Assembly (NCBI GenBank): GCA_963740315.1
Contig: CAVUDP010000004.1
Coordinates: 608,001 to 672,000 of the forward strand
Direction of reading: 5' to 3'
Length of the DNA stretch: 64,000 nt
From: an uncultured cyanobacterium
GTDB lineage: Bacteria > Cyanobacteriota > Cyanobacteriia > Cyanobacteriales > Nostocaceae
Of the stretch, positions 41,871 to 53,302 are shown piece after piece. Made by a program: the position numbers and the translations under genes. The notes beneath the pieces are model-generated. The model saw only the letters and a list, made by a program, of their open reading frames with translations. It made no database searches and had not been told where the DNA came from. Each line of letters starts with the position of its first letter. Positions within the stretch are counted from its first letter, which is position 1.

Positions 41871-42243
41871 TGTGTTGATCGAAATTGTCAAAGAATTATT
41901 ACAACGAATAATTAAATAATATTTAACCTAACTATAAACAATTGTTATAAAGTTCAAAATCGTCTTGACGTAAAAAAATTATATTGATATTAGTGATGGT
42001 TGGAAAATAACTCCGTAAATAGTTAAGACTAAGTGTGTATGGATTGTGGTCAAGTCAAATAGCGCACTTAATTAAGCTCCTCAGTACAGCGACTACAACA
42101 AAGTAAGAAATATTATGTAGTTCCAACCTCTCTTGTGGGTTTGAAGCATTTGGATGTCTAAAAGGTTTATACAGGCACCCATAGGATTTGCCTGTGCTAA
42201 AATCAGCGTACCGGCACGACGCAGGCGATGGGAATAATGCCTT

Positions 42244-44742
42244 ATGTTTGAACGCTTCACAGAAAAAGCCATCAAGGTGATAATGCTTGCTCAAGAAGAG
42301 GCTCGCCGTCTTGGGCACAATTTTGTTGGTACGGAACAGATTCTTTTGGGTCTAATTGGCGAAGGTACTGGCGTGGCGGCTAAGGTGCTCAAATCAATGG
42401 GCGTTAACCTTAAAGATGCCAGAATCGAAGTCGAAAAAATCATAGGTCGAGGATCGGGCTTTGTTGCTGTGGAAATTCCGTTTACCCCACGGGCAAAGCG
42501 AGTTCTTGAACTATCTTTGGAAGAGGCTCGCCAGTTAGGTCACAACTATATTGGTACCGAGCATCTACTGTTAGGCTTGATCCGCGAAGGTGAAGGTGTA
42601 GCAGCTAGAGTACTGGAAAATCTTGGTGTTGACTTATCTAAGGTCAGAACCCAAGTTATCCGTATGCTTGGTGAAACCGCTGAAGTTACGGCTACTGGTC
42701 AATCTGGACGCAATAAAACTCCGACTCTGGATGAATTTGGCTCTAATTTGACCCAAATGGCACTAGATGGCAAACTCGACCCCGTGGTCGGACGCGCCAA
42801 GGAAATTGAGCGAGTAATCCAAATTTTGGGTCGCCGAACCAAAAACAACCCAGTATTAATTGGGGAACCAGGTGTTGGTAAAACCGCAATTGCGGAAGGA
42901 TTGGCACAACGGATTGCAAACAAAGATATACCTGATATCTTAGAAGAAAAACGTGTAGTAACTCTTGATATTGGCTTGCTTGTCGCAGGAACCAAATATC
43001 GGGGTGAATTTGAAGAACGCCTGAAAAAAATTATGGATGAAATCCGTCAGGCGGGAAATGTAATTTTAGTAATTGATGAGGTACACACCTTAATTGGTGC
43101 TGGTGCGGCAGAAGGCGCAATTGATGCAGCCAACATTCTTAAGCCAGCTTTAGCTCGTGGTGAATTGCAGTGTATCGGCGCGACAACGCTCGATGAATAC
43201 CGCAAGCACATCGAGCGAGATGCAGCGCTTGAGCGTCGTTTCCAACCAGTGATGGTGGGCGAACCTTCAGTAGATGAAACTATTGAAATTTTACGCGGTT
43301 TACGCGACCGTTACGAACAACATCATAAATTGAAAATTTCTGATGAAGCGGTGCTAGCGGCGGCTAAATTATCCGACCGTTATATTAGCGATCGCTATCT
43401 TCCAGATAAAGCAATTGACTTAATTGACGAAGCTGGAAGCCGGGTACGTTTGATTAACTCCCAACTGCCACCCGCAGCCAAAGAGTTAGACAAAGAACTG
43501 CGTAAAATCCTTAAAGAAAAGGATGATGCAGTACGTTCCCAAGACTTTGACAAAGCTGGCGAACTCCGCGATCGCGAAATGGAGATTAAAGGAGAAATTC
43601 GCGCTATTGCTCAAAGTAAAGCCGGTGCAACTCGCACTGAAGGCGAAGAACCCGTAGTTACTGAAGAAGATATTGCTCATATTGTGGCTTCTTGGACTGG
43701 CGTTCCGGTGAACAAACTCACCGAATCGGAATCCGAGAAATTGCTACATATGGAAGACACCTTGCACCAACGTTTGATTGGTCAAGAAGAAGCTGTAAGA
43801 GCAGTTTCCCGTGCTATTCGTCGCGCTCGTGTTGGGTTGAAAAATCCCAACCGACCGATTGCTAGCTTTGTCTTCTCCGGTCCTACTGGTGTAGGTAAAA
43901 CTGAATTAGCGAAATCTTTGGCTTCCTACTTCTTCGGTTCGGAAGAAGCAATGATTCGTCTGGATATGTCCGAATTCATGGAGCGTCACACCGTCAGCAA
44001 GCTGATTGGTTCGCCTCCGGGTTATGTCGGATACAACGAAGGCGGTCAGTTAACGGAAGCTGTCAGACGCAGACCATATACGGTAGTGCTTTTCGACGAA
44101 ATTGAAAAAGCACACCCCGATGTATTTAATATGCTGCTTCAAATACTTGAAGACGGTAGATTAACGGATGCGAAGGGACGTACCGTAGACTTCAAAAACA
44201 CCTTGCTGATATTAACTTCTAACATCGGTTCTAAGGTGATTGAAAAAGGTGGTGGCGGTATTGGTTTCGAGTTTGCCGAAGATGCGAGCGATTCTCAATA
44301 CAATCGTATTAAGACTTTGGTTAACGAAGAACTCAAGCAGTACTTCCGTCCTGAATTCCTCAACCGTCTAGACGAAATCATCGTCTTCCGTCAGTTGAAC
44401 CGTGAAGAGGTAATGTTAATTGCCGATATCATGCTCAAGGAAGTATTCGGACGACTCACCGAAAAAGGTATTGAACTGAAAGTGAGCGATCGCTTTAAAG
44501 AGCGTTTGCTTGTAGAAGGTTATAACCCCAGCTACGGTGCAAGACCTCTACGTCGAGCGATTATGCGCTTGCTCGAAGATAGTCTTGCTGAAGAAATTCT
44601 CTCCGGACGCATTGGTGAAGGCGATACAGCCTTGGTTGATGTGGATGAAGCCGGGAATATCCTTGTAACAGCAGATAAAACTGAAGAAGATAGCGAAGAC
44701 AGCGGACAAGATGATGCTTTGCCTCAAGCTGTTGAGGGGTAA
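42244..44742 (+). CDS. clpC: ATP-dependent Clp protease ATP-binding subunit ClpC
   Basis: [13 protein letters not shown]; Walker A GEPGVGKT and [15 protein letters not shown] ClpP-binding loop. Confidence 0.98.
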   Translation: MFERFTEKAIKVIMLAQEEARRLGHNFVGTEQILLGLIGEGTGVAAKVLKSMGVNLKDARIEVEKIIGRGSGFVAVEIPFTPRAKRVLELSLEEARQLGHNYIGTEHLLLGLIREGEGVAARVLENLGVDLSKVRTQVIRMLGETAEVTATGQSGRNKTPTLDEFGSNLTQMALDGKLDPVVGRAKEIERVIQILGRRTKNNPVLIGEPGVGKTAIAEGLAQRIANKDIPDILEEKRVVTLDIGLLVAGTKYRGEFEERLKKIMDEIRQAGNVILVIDEVHTLIGAGAAEGAIDAANILKPALARGELQCIGATTLDEYRKHIERDAALERRFQPVMVGEPSVDETIEILRGLRDRYEQHHKLKISDEAVLAAAKLSDRYISDRYLPDKAIDLIDEAGSRVRLINSQLPPAAKELDKELRKILKEKDDAVRSQDFDKAGELRDREMEIKGEIRAIAQSKAGATRTEGEEPVVTEEDIAHIVASWTGVPVNKLTESESEKLLHMEDTLHQRLIGQEEAVRAVSRAIRRARVGLKNPNRPIASFVFSGPTGVGKTELAKSLASYFFGSEEAMIRLDMSEFMERHTVSKLIGSPPGYVGYNEGGQLTEAVRRRPYTVVLFDEIEKAHPDVFNMLLQILEDGRLTDAKGRTVDFKNTLLILTSNIGSKVIEKGGGGIGFEFAEDASDSQYNRIKTLVNEELKQYFRPEFLNRLDEIIVFRQLNREEVMLIADIMLKEVFGRLTEKGIELKVSDRFKERLLVEGYNPSYGARPLRRAIMRLLEDSLAEEILSGRIGEGDTALVDVDEAGNILVTADKTEEDSEDSGQDDALPQAVEG

Positions 44743-44783
44743 AAGTTGATTAGATCGTAATTATCTAGAATTTTGATGATTTG

Positions 44784-44822
44784 AAAGCGGTAGGGAAGTT
44801 ATTTTCTCTACCGTTTTTTTTT
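44784..44822 (+). terminator. Rho-independent terminator of clpC
   Basis: AAGCGGTAGGGAA..TTCTCTACCGTTT hairpin followed by a T run. Confidence 0.85.
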
Positions 44823-44850
44823 GTTTTTTGTTTAAATTGCTGATTTTTAT

Positions 44851-44960
44851 AAACCGCAGAGAGCGCAAAGAGCGCAGAGGAAAGAGGTGGAGAGAGATAT
44901 TGTAGGGTGTGTGACGCTTGATAAATTTTGTAAGATATGAGATTTGTCGCGTCACGCACC
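44851..44960 (+). repeat. CGCAGAG 9-mer repeat unit followed by long-loop GTAG REP
   Basis: aaaccgcagagagcgcaaagagcgcagag; gtagggtgtgtgacgc..gcgtcacgcacc. Confidence 0.8.
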
Positions 44961-45020
44961 AGGCAAAATCTTGGATCTTATTATGATTTTTAAATCATGG
45001 AATCATCAATGATTTTTCCA

Positions 45021-45338
45021 TCACATAGCAAGTTTGGCATTTTTAAAGTTAGCTTCCTCAAATATAGAATCAACTAAAACTGTTTCTTGCAGCAATGCTC
45101 CTTGTAGATTAGCTTTTCTAAAATTGGATTTTATTAAAATAGAAAAACTGGAATTAGTATTTTGTAAATTAGCTCCTTCTAAATTCGCTCCAGTTAAATC
45201 AACCTCCGCTAAGTTAGCATCGCAAAAATTAGCATTATTTAGATTGGCATCGGTTAAGTTAGTGCCGGGTTGCAGCATAACCCGAGTAAATTTCCTTTCC
45301 CCAGCAGCATATCGCTGTAACAATTCCTCAGCAGTCAC
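45021..45338 (-). CDS. Pentapeptide repeat protein (short, possibly truncated)
   Basis: MTAEELLQRYAAGERKF leader; A(N/D)L repeats. Confidence 0.8.
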   Translation of the reverse strand: MTAEELLQRYAAGERKFTRVMLQPGTNLTDANLNNANFCDANLAEVDLTGANLEGANLQNTNSSFSILIKSNFRKANLQGALLQETVLVDSIFEEANFKNAKLAM

Positions 45339-45470
45339 GATGGTATAAATATATTGTTTATGCTATTAGACTCGGACTTACAGTCCCAGGTAGGTTGATA
45401 ATGACCTTTGATTCAATTCTGCTTATTTAGAATCCAGTTTGTGGATAGTTTGTAAGTACAACAGGTTAAT

Positions 45471-46901
45471 CTATCCGATTTTCTGCTTTTTAATTCTCAT
45501 AAATATTTCATGAAATAATAACGCTATTAAAAAGGCTGGCAAAGCTTCATTAATGAGTTGATGATATCCTAAAAACCGCCACGCGATCGCAGTAAATAAT
45601 CCGACGAATATCGTACTACTTAGTACCAGATAATGAGTACGTATTTTCAAGACTGTAATAAACATTGCCGGACTAATTGAACCAGCTAAACCGGCTGTAG
45701 AAAAAATAATTAATGAAAAAACTGTACTAGTAATAAAATTTGTAGCACTAACGGCTAAAATACCAAACATAATGGTGATAAATTGCTGGTATTTTAACCC
45801 GTATTTTGTTGACAACTGCCGATATAAAGCAGGAGAAATATCTCTTGCTAAAGAACTAGAACAAACTAAAATTTGAGAATCAGCCGTCGAAGCAATGATT
45901 GAAAATACTCCGGCTAAGACGATACCGATAAAGAAAGGATGAAAATTTTGTACTGCATATAAAGGTAAAGCTTGTTCTGGATCGTTAATATCAGGAATCG
46001 ATATTCGACAAATCATCCCGAACAAAAGCATGGCTATTGAGGTAGAATATCCGAAAAATAAGTAAAGCCATTTGGCTTGTTTTACTTCGTTAGGATTGCG
46101 TCCAGCCATTAATCTTACTAAATATTGAGGCTGACTTAAACTGAATCCTATTGCAGCAAAAATGAAACCTAGTATATAAGCTATTATTGTCCACCAAGTA
46201 AATCCTGAAAATATATTCGTTAGTTGAGGATCTATACTATATAGTTTTGTGGTGATTTCTGGAATACTTCCACCTGCAATAGTTGCAGCTATCAGCGTCC
46301 CGAAACAAACAAATATGACTACAATTGCTTGCACAACATCAGTCCAAACTGAAGCTCTTAAACCTCCCTTTACGCAGTAAGCAAGAATTAATGCTGCCGA
46401 TATTACTGCTCCTATTTTTAAATCGATACCAAAAAATGCATTCAGAATCTTAGCTGATGCATAAAACTGTGCGGCAGTATAAAGACCAACAAATACTACA
46501 GAAATTAAGGCGACAATAGAGGTTATTAATTTTTTGCCTTGAGGTGTTTTGAGTGTTGAACCGATTAATTCGGGAACAGTTTGAGAATTTTGCTCTAAAG
46601 AAATCCGATTTATCTTATCGGCAAAAAAGTTCCAAAAAATTAGCTCTCCGATAAAGAAAGCTAGAAGAAATAAAAGACCACTAATTCCTTGAGAATAACC
46701 CAAGCCAACAATTCCCGTCATTACGTAACCACTATTAGCAGTAGCTCCGGCACTTAAGGCGATAAAGTATTTACCAAAAGACCTATTCGCAAGTAAATAA
46801 TCTGAATCAGTATTCTGAGAGAATTTAGCAGCAAAAGCGCCAACCCACAAGAAAATTATCAGAAAAAATCCAAAACTAATAATTGTAATTAAGGAGTGCA
46901 T
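45471..46901 (-). CDS. Sodium:solute symporter (PutP-like)
   Basis: DYLLANRS, ALSAGAT..SG, GGLRASVWTDVVQ, SQPQ...R.MA, STADSQ. Confidence 0.88.
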   Translation of the reverse strand: MHSLITIISFGFFLIIFLWVGAFAAKFSQNTDSDYLLANRSFGKYFIALSAGATANSGYVMTGIVGLGYSQGISGLLFLLAFFIGELIFWNFFADKINRISLEQNSQTVPELIGSTLKTPQGKKLITSIVALISVVFVGLYTAAQFYASAKILNAFFGIDLKIGAVISAALILAYCVKGGLRASVWTDVVQAIVVIFVCFGTLIAATIAGGSIPEITTKLYSIDPQLTNIFSGFTWWTIIAYILGFIFAAIGFSLSQPQYLVRLMAGRNPNEVKQAKWLYLFFGYSTSIAMLLFGMICRISIPDINDPEQALPLYAVQNFHPFFIGIVLAGVFSIIASTADSQILVCSSSLARDISPALYRQLSTKYGLKYQQFITIMFGILAVSATNFITSTVFSLIIFSTAGLAGSISPAMFITVLKIRTHYLVLSSTIFVGLFTAIAWRFLGYHQLINEALPAFLIALLFHEIFMRIKKQKIG

Positions 46902-47042
46902 ATTTTAATTTTTTTGGGGTTGACGATCGAGAGGGCACGTTGCTGCTATTTAATTTATGAAATGATTATTTGACATTACTCTGGATGTTGCACCCAGGAA
47001 CGTCAACACATGGGTTTATTGTTTGATAAAAGATGTAATCTA

Positions 47043-47660
47043 CTAAACCCCGAATTTTACTTTTATATTTTTATAACTTTCTTGTTCTATGTAAATCATG
47101 CGAGTTCGGATTGGAATTCCTGTAGTTGGTGAAGTCCAACCTACAATAAAATAATCTTCAGTAGTATTTTTGATGGGTATTTTCGAGTGGTCGTAAACTG
47201 GAACAACAAAGTTTTTTATATATTCCTGTGTTGTTTCATCCAGGCTGATTAAAATAGTTTTGCGAGCAATTCGATACATATGTTTGATAGCTGTGGCTGC
47301 ATCTTCAACACACAGTAATGAACTCAAAGAAAATACAAAATCAAAGGATTTATTCTCAATTTCTGCCAAAGCCGTTTCTACTGGCTTGTGGATAGTTTTA
47401 TATCCTCTTTGGGCTGCGTAATCGAGCATTTTAGCTGAAATATCAATTCCCGTATATTCAAAATCTCCCTGCAACAATTCACTTAAATTTCCCGTACCAC
47501 AACCAATATCTAAAATACTGCCTTGATTGCGATCGCGTCGATGAAATATTTTAACGGCTTCATTTACGTGTTGGGCATTAACTTTGGAATCTTGTAAAGT
47601 GTCATCATAATTACTAGCCAATTGATCGTAAAATTCTTCAGGGGAAATTTTTGTAGACAT
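47043..47660 (-). CDS. Class I SAM-dependent methyltransferase
   Basis: FYDQLA..YD, ILDIGCGTG, GIDIS.KML; GAGGAAGG RBS before ATG 47660. Confidence 0.88.
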   Translation of the reverse strand: MSTKISPEEFYDQLASNYDDTLQDSKVNAQHVNEAVKIFHRRDRNQGSILDIGCGTGNLSELLQGDFEYTGIDISAKMLDYAAQRGYKTIHKPVETALAEIENKSFDFVFSLSSLLCVEDAATAIKHMYRIARKTILISLDETTQEYIKNFVVPVYDHSKIPIKNTTEDYFIVGWTSPTTGIPIRTRMIYIEQESYKNIKVKFGV

Positions 47661-47730
47661 AGTTTCCTTCCTCACGAATATTATGCTGTAAAGGTAATTT
47701 ATCGCATTTTGAATCAATTACCAATAATCT

Positions 47731-48999
47731 TTATACGGTTATTGCTTCTGCCACGTCATATAAACCGTTCTTTTCAAGCTTGCGAATAGCTTGAAAATCC
47801 TGTTGAATAATTTCTGGATTTTCATGAACCAGAAAAATAGAACCGGGAGAAGAAGCTAAATCAATCGTCTTTTTAATTAATCCATCTTTTTTGATTGATA
47901 AATGCATATCGCAAAAAGATGGTAGTTTTCTGATTTTATCCATTTGGGATATTGAGTTAATTCTTCCCTCAACTTCTGAAATTAAAATGACAATCAAAAG
48001 ATTTTTTTGTAGAGACAATCCTTTGTTGACGATCAATTTAAAATTATCTGGATCTACATAGGATTTTACTGTCAGTTCAACATGATTAGACTGCATCGCC
48101 CTACTAACTACTTCTGGTATTATTACACCCATCAATCTAGGGTTAGTTTCAACTAAAACAGGTCCATTATCCGTTATCATAACTTCGCTATGACAAGCAC
48201 CAAATTGAATTCTCAAAGCGTCAAGAACTTGTTTGATATAGTTATCCAGTTGTTTTTGAACTCCACCACCCAATTGCAAAAGTTCGATAAAATCGTAAAT
48301 CTTGCTATAACCTGGCATATCAAGTTTTCGATACTGCCAAATATCCGTAATATAATGCTTGCCTTCCAAAGTTACAGTATTGACTATATATTCTGTTCCA
48401 GACAAAAATTCTTGAGCTAACACCTCGGTGTTTTTTATTCCACAAACGTTTATATCACCAACAATCCGCTCGAAAGCACAAATCACATCATCTTCGCGAT
48501 CGCAAAATATAACGTTATCCGTACAAACGCTGCTAACTGGCTTTAGAACAACAGGCCATTTTCCTAATTCTTTTACCCATAATAAAATCTCTTCAAGGTT
48601 AGCCGACTTGATTTGATTTACGGCTCTAATTCCAAAATCTCGAACTGCCTCACCCATTTCAAATTTATCTCGTCTAGCTCTGCTATATTCTGTTCCGTTT
48701 GATGGTAAACCTAATTTTTCACTGAGATTATCAGCAAGCTCAACTCCAAGGTCGCATCCAGGGATTACAAAGGCAATATTATATTTAGATAAGTTTAAAA
48801 GGGTTTTCTCAACATCTCCTTCGTGGATAATATTGTCTATAAAATTATTTGGATGAAAGGAAGGTTTAAAAAACTGAGGAATGTCTTTTCTAGTTTGTAC
48901 GTGAACGCAATCTATACCATATTTTTTCAACTCTGATGGTAAGAATCTACCAGTTGAATAGCCATCTACGACAGCACATAATCTTGATTTTGATTTCAT
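47731..48999 (-). CDS. ATP-grasp enzyme, L-amino-acid-ligase type (DdaF/NikS-like)
   Basis: VVDGYSTG, RRDKF.M, PVVLKP, QEFL.GTEY.VN, GACHSEV, VETNPRL.G. Confidence 0.85.
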   Translation of the reverse strand: MKSKSRLCAVVDGYSTGRFLPSELKKYGIDCVHVQTRKDIPQFFKPSFHPNNFIDNIIHEGDVEKTLLNLSKYNIAFVIPGCDLGVELADNLSEKLGLPSNGTEYSRARRDKFEMGEAVRDFGIRAVNQIKSANLEEILLWVKELGKWPVVLKPVSSVCTDNVIFCDREDDVICAFERIVGDINVCGIKNTEVLAQEFLSGTEYIVNTVTLEGKHYITDIWQYRKLDMPGYSKIYDFIELLQLGGGVQKQLDNYIKQVLDALRIQFGACHSEVMITDNGPVLVETNPRLMGVIIPEVVSRAMQSNHVELTVKSYVDPDNFKLIVNKGLSLQKNLLIVILISEVEGRINSISQMDKIRKLPSFCDMHLSIKKDGLIKKTIDLASSPGSIFLVHENPEIIQQDFQAIRKLEKNGLYDVAEAITV

Positions 49000-49379
49000 T
49001 GCCTTTTACAATATTTTCTCTTATTTTTCAAACTAAATTACATATATTTCAATTGATAATACAGTATTTTGCGATTAACTACAATATTCATCACGTCAGT
49101 TAGAAATTTAATTTGTATTGACTAAATACTTTCTTTGATTAATACAAAAACTAAGAAAAGTAAGAAAAGTAAGAAAAGTTGTTTATTCAAAAATTAGTTA
49201 GCTAAAAAATACAATTAAAAAGTGAAAATGCAGCCTTTAAATGTATTTACTATAATGAGCGCAAAAATTATATAAAAAATCATAACAAGATAGATTGCCT
49301 AAAGAAATCTTTTTAAGCAATCAAAAATTTAGGTACATTAAGCTACATCAAGAGTGACTGATAGCTTGGAATATTAAAA

Positions 49380-49820
49380 CTACGTCGTCATATTCGCAAA
49401 AACAGAAGGCTTGACTACCACATCCGAATCAACTCGAATAAAAACCTTAGCTCCACAACCGAGAGAATCATCAGGAGTATAAATCACTTCACAACCTCCA
49501 TTTATCTTGACGTGATGAGCCTCAATCTTCTGAGAACCCGACCTAACAAGAATTACAGGCTCTTGACTACCACTGTTATTATTGCTTTTAATCTTTTGAG
49601 AATTAACGTGAATGAGAGTTGATGTGGAGCTTAATCGCTTTCTCCAAGTTCCTTTCGGTCCTCGTTTACCAATTTTAATTTTTGGCATTCCGTTAAATAT
49701 GGGAATCTGCCAAAATCTACCAACTTTTTCTGCTCCGACAATTCGAGCCTCATAAAGCAGTTGCCGCACTCTTTGAGTACAAATTTTCAGCAATCGAGCC
49801 GCTTCGGTTGTTCCAATCAT
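49380..49820 (-). CDS. Excisionase-like HTH DNA-binding protein with uncharacterised C-terminal domain
   Basis: IGTTEAA.LL.I..QRVRQLL...RI.GA.KVGRFWQIP. Confidence 0.75.
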   Translation of the reverse strand: MIGTTEAARLLKICTQRVRQLLYEARIVGAEKVGRFWQIPIFNGMPKIKIGKRGPKGTWRKRLSSTSTLIHVNSQKIKSNNNSGSQEPVILVRSGSQKIEAHHVKINGGCEVIYTPDDSLGCGAKVFIRVDSDVVVKPSVFANMTT

Positions 49821-49993
49821 AACTCTAGCACTAGGGTTTTTCAGCTAAATAAGAATATACAACATTTCCTCTCCCCAAAAAATAATCAAAAATTAAACCG
49901 GGATATATTCCACTACCAACATCGTCGCAACAATTAAGATAAATTAAATATTGGCTCGCGGCATCGATTAGAGTATTCCCTCGTTTAAAGCAG

Positions 49994-51757
49994 ATGACAA
50001 CAAAGTTACTAAACAATCGTTATCAAGTTATCCAGGTGTTAGGTGCTGGTGGGTTTGGCGAAACCTTTTTAGCGGAAGATACTCATCTTCCTTCTCGCCG
50101 ACGTTGCGTGATTAAGCAGCTAAAACCACTCGCAGACGAACCAAAAACCTATCAAAAGGTTCAGCAACTTTTTGAACGAGAAGCAACAACTTTAGAATTT
50201 CTCGGTGAAGGTAGCGAGCAAATTCCTAATCTTTTTGCCTATTTTTCGGAAAATGGGTTATTTTATTTAGTTCAAGAATGGATTCAAGGACAAACTTTAA
50301 CGAATATCGTTGAAACTAACGGATGTTTGAACGAACAAGCTGTCAAAGACATTTTAATCAGCTTGCTACCAGTTTTAGAATACGTCCACTCAAAAGGAAT
50401 CATTCATCGCGATATTAAACCCGACAATATTATTCTGCGTAATTCTAATAACAAACCCGTTTTAATTGATTTCGGTGCGGTAAAAGAAACTATTCGTACT
50501 GCAATCAACTCTTCGGGAAGCCCCACGCAATCAATGGTGGTTGGTACGCCGGGATATATGCCTATCGAACAGGTTTTGGGGCGTGCGGTTTTTGCTACCG
50601 ATGTTTATAGTTTGGGTTTAACGGCAATTTATTTGTTAACTGGTAAACATCCCCAAGAATTAGAAACAAACCCGCAAACTGGTCAAATATTATGGCAAGA
50701 TTATGCGATCGCAGTTTCAACTTCTTTAAAAACGGTTCTTAATAAAGCGATCGATCCAAATGTAGGTAGTCGCTATAGCACTGCAAGCAAAATGCTTCAT
50801 GCTTTGCAATCAAATACTCAAACGAATGCTGCTTCGGTTAATAATCAAAAAACTCAAAAAACAGTAGCAGTATCTCCTGTAGCTGCAACTCCTCGAAAGA
50901 ATCAAAATTCGACAACTTCAACAAACTGGTTAAAACCCGGTTTAATTTTCGGTGGTTTACTCGCTGCTGGATTAATCGGGGGAGTGGCGATCGCTAATTT
51001 TAATCGTCAGCAACCAGAAGAAGATGTCGTTGTATCCCAAACTCCATCACCAGAGCCTACTGATAATAGCGATCGCAGTTTAACTTCTTCTCCAGAACCA
51101 TCTTTAAACGAAATTCAACCAGCCGAAACACCCCCTCAACAACCACCACAGCGACAAATTGCTCCACGGCAGCCACAACAAGAACAAATAATAGAACCAA
51201 CTTCAGATCCAATACCTGATACGCAGCCGCAAGCTATTTCAACACCAGAATCACAACCGCAAATATTTTCTACTCCCAAGCCTAAACCTAAACCTACCCC
51301 TAAAATTGCAACGCCCCCGAAAGAGATTAAAGAACCAGTTATTAATAATACTTCAAATTCAAATTTTCCAGTATTTCCAACAGGTACCCCTGAAAGCAAC
51401 GTTAAAGCAAATTTAGGAGAACCTACCAAAGTTTCTAGGGGTTTATGGAATACCCGCGCCTATCTTTATAAATTACAGCCAGATGTAGACTTAGGTTTAC
51501 TATTTGACCGGCAGTCTGGAAAATTGCGACAAACAGAAGCATCCCTTGCCCAATCTGTAGGAGTAAATACGATGCAAAATACTTTACAAGGAATGTTATC
51601 AGGTAATATTAACGGCGACATTCAACAGGGATTGCAGCGAGTGTATCAGCGCCAAACTAACAGATATTCTTTTCAAACTGGAAACTTAAAAGGAGAAATA
51701 GAGCGTAATCGAGAAGGGCGAATTTATATTGCCGTTTGGGAAGCGGATTTGCATTGA
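49994..51757 (+). CDS. Serine/threonine protein kinase with TM helix and Pro-rich linker
   Basis: LGAGGFG, VIKQL, HRDIKPDN, DFG, GTPGYMP.EQ. Confidence 0.95.
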   Translation: MTTKLLNNRYQVIQVLGAGGFGETFLAEDTHLPSRRRCVIKQLKPLADEPKTYQKVQQLFEREATTLEFLGEGSEQIPNLFAYFSENGLFYLVQEWIQGQTLTNIVETNGCLNEQAVKDILISLLPVLEYVHSKGIIHRDIKPDNIILRNSNNKPVLIDFGAVKETIRTAINSSGSPTQSMVVGTPGYMPIEQVLGRAVFATDVYSLGLTAIYLLTGKHPQELETNPQTGQILWQDYAIAVSTSLKTVLNKAIDPNVGSRYSTASKMLHALQSNTQTNAASVNNQKTQKTVAVSPVAATPRKNQNSTTSTNWLKPGLIFGGLLAAGLIGGVAIANFNRQQPEEDVVVSQTPSPEPTDNSDRSLTSSPEPSLNEIQPAETPPQQPPQRQIAPRQPQQEQIIEPTSDPIPDTQPQAISTPESQPQIFSTPKPKPKPTPKIATPPKEIKEPVINNTSNSNFPVFPTGTPESNVKANLGEPTKVSRGLWNTRAYLYKLQPDVDLGLLFDRQSGKLRQTEASLAQSVGVNTMQNTLQGMLSGNINGDIQQGLQRVYQRQTNRYSFQTGNLKGEIERNREGRIYIAVWEADLH

Positions 51758-51864
51758 GAATGGGGACAAGGGAGAGCGGGGAGAGGGGGTAGAAAAATTC
51801 CTAACTCCTCATTCCTAGCTCCTAACTATTAACCAATGTTCAATCCCCTCATTCCCAATTTGAA

Positions 51865-52269
51865 TTACTTAACAGTTACTTTAGCACCAGCTTCTTCAAG
51901 TTGCTTTTTAGCATCTTCAGCAGCTTCTTTAGCCATAGCTTCTTTGATTGCTTTAGGTGCGGATTCTACCATTTCTTTAGCTTCTTTCAAGCCTAAGCCG
52001 GTAATACCGCGTACAACCTTGAGGATAGCAATCTTCTTATCGGCAGGTACGTCTTCTAGTACTACGTCAAATTCAGTTTTCTCTTCTTCAGGTTCAGCAT
52101 CAGCAGCAGCAGCGCCTCCGCCCATATTTGGCATCATCATCATGCCACCGCCACCGGAAGCGGAAGCATCTACTTCAAATACTTCTTCGATTTGCTTAAC
52201 TAATTCGGAAGCTTCGAGCAAGCTCAAAGACTTCAAGCTTTCCATGATTTCATCGGTTTTTGCAGACAT
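51865..52269 (-). CDS. rplL: 50S ribosomal protein L7/L12
   Basis: [26 protein letters not shown]. Confidence 0.97.
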   Translation of the reverse strand: MSAKTDEIMESLKSLSLLEASELVKQIEEVFEVDASASGGGGMMMMPNMGGGAAAADAEPEEEKTEFDVVLEDVPADKKIAILKVVRGITGLGLKEAKEMVESAPKAIKEAMAKEAAEDAKKQLEEAGAKVTVK

Positions 52270-52372
52270 AATTCAACTCCTGTTGTTGTTTTTATTGTTC
52301 TAACTTGGGTTCGTAGTAAGGATTTTAATCCTTGTTTAAGAGGGCTGAAGCCCTTACTACAAGCAAAAGAAA

Positions 52373-52942
52373 TTAAGATTCTGAGGAATCTTCTTTCTCG
52401 GACACTGCTTTGATTGCGCGTGCCAAGGAATTTGGTACTTCGTTGATACCTGTCGCCAATTTGGTAGGTACTTGGTTGATTCCCACAGCCAATTTGGTGG
52501 CAATTGAATTCAAACCACCAGCGATGCGAGCCATTAATTCTTGCTTGGAAGGCAAATCCTTGAGCGCTTTGACTTGATCTACACTCAAAGCTTGCCCTTC
52601 AAGTACACCACCGCGAATTACTGTTTTCTTGGTGACTTTTTGGAATTCTTCGTAAGCCGTGATGGCATCTTTTAAGTCTTCTTTTACCAACAAGAAAACT
52701 GAAGAATCTTGAAGATACTGCGTCATTGGCTGCCATTGTCGATCGCCTTCAACAGCAATACGCATCAAGGTGTTTTTTGTTCTTTTACAAACAGTACCAG
52801 TTGGACGCATCCGATTACGCAAGTCGCTAATTTGCGATACGCTTAGCCCTTGGTATTCAATTACTAATGCTAGAGAAGACTCGCTCAAAAGCTCTTTGAG
52901 GTCGGCGACTATCTCCTTTTTATTTTCTAGCGTTCTACCCAT
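52373..52942 (-). CDS. rplJ: 50S ribosomal protein L10
   Basis: MGRTLENKKEIV, KNTLM, LPSK.EL. Confidence 0.95.
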   Translation of the reverse strand: MGRTLENKKEIVADLKELLSESSLALVIEYQGLSVSQISDLRNRMRPTGTVCKRTKNTLMRIAVEGDRQWQPMTQYLQDSSVFLLVKEDLKDAITAYEEFQKVTKKTVIRGGVLEGQALSVDQVKALKDLPSKQELMARIAGGLNSIATKLAVGINQVPTKLATGINEVPNSLARAIKAVSEKEDSSES

Positions 52943-52986
52943 CTTATATCACCTCCTTCATGGTTTTTATCGACCTTCAAAACAAC

Positions 52987-53170
52987 AAACCCTGACTGCA
53001 ACAGCCAGGGTTTAATAAACGGTTTAATATCTACAAAAACGTCTCTCTACGTTTTAATAAAATCCTTATGTCATCACATTCTTACCATTAAGGTTAGAAA
53101 TGAAAAACAATTAAGGTTTAAACCTAAGCAGGAAATTAAGCTTTTGTTAAAGCACCTACCGTCTCTGGCT
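52987..53170 (-). promoter_or_regulatory. L10 leader (rplJL autoregulatory RNA) with attenuator-like hairpin
   Basis: AGACGGTAGGT..AATTTCCTGCTTAGG core; AAACCCTG/CAGGGTTT hairpin at 52987-53013. Confidence 0.7.
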
Positions 53171-53302
53171 GTTACCTATTCAGTTTTTAAGTTAAAAATT
53201 AGGAGTAAGGAGTTAAAAATTAAAAATATTAACCTTCAAGACTCATAACTCACAAATCATAACTCAAAGTGCGATCGCAATCAATTATTATTTCGATCGC
53301 AG

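Noticed and set aside
51836..52303. 155-aa ORF antisense to rplL (and similar antisense ORFs over ureC, dnaK, clpC, secE)
   Set aside because: Shadow ORFs of highly conserved genes.
52400..52520. Internal repeat in the L10 C-terminus and poly-Gly/Met hinge in L7/L12
   Set aside because: Ordinary features of cyanobacterial L10 and L12.
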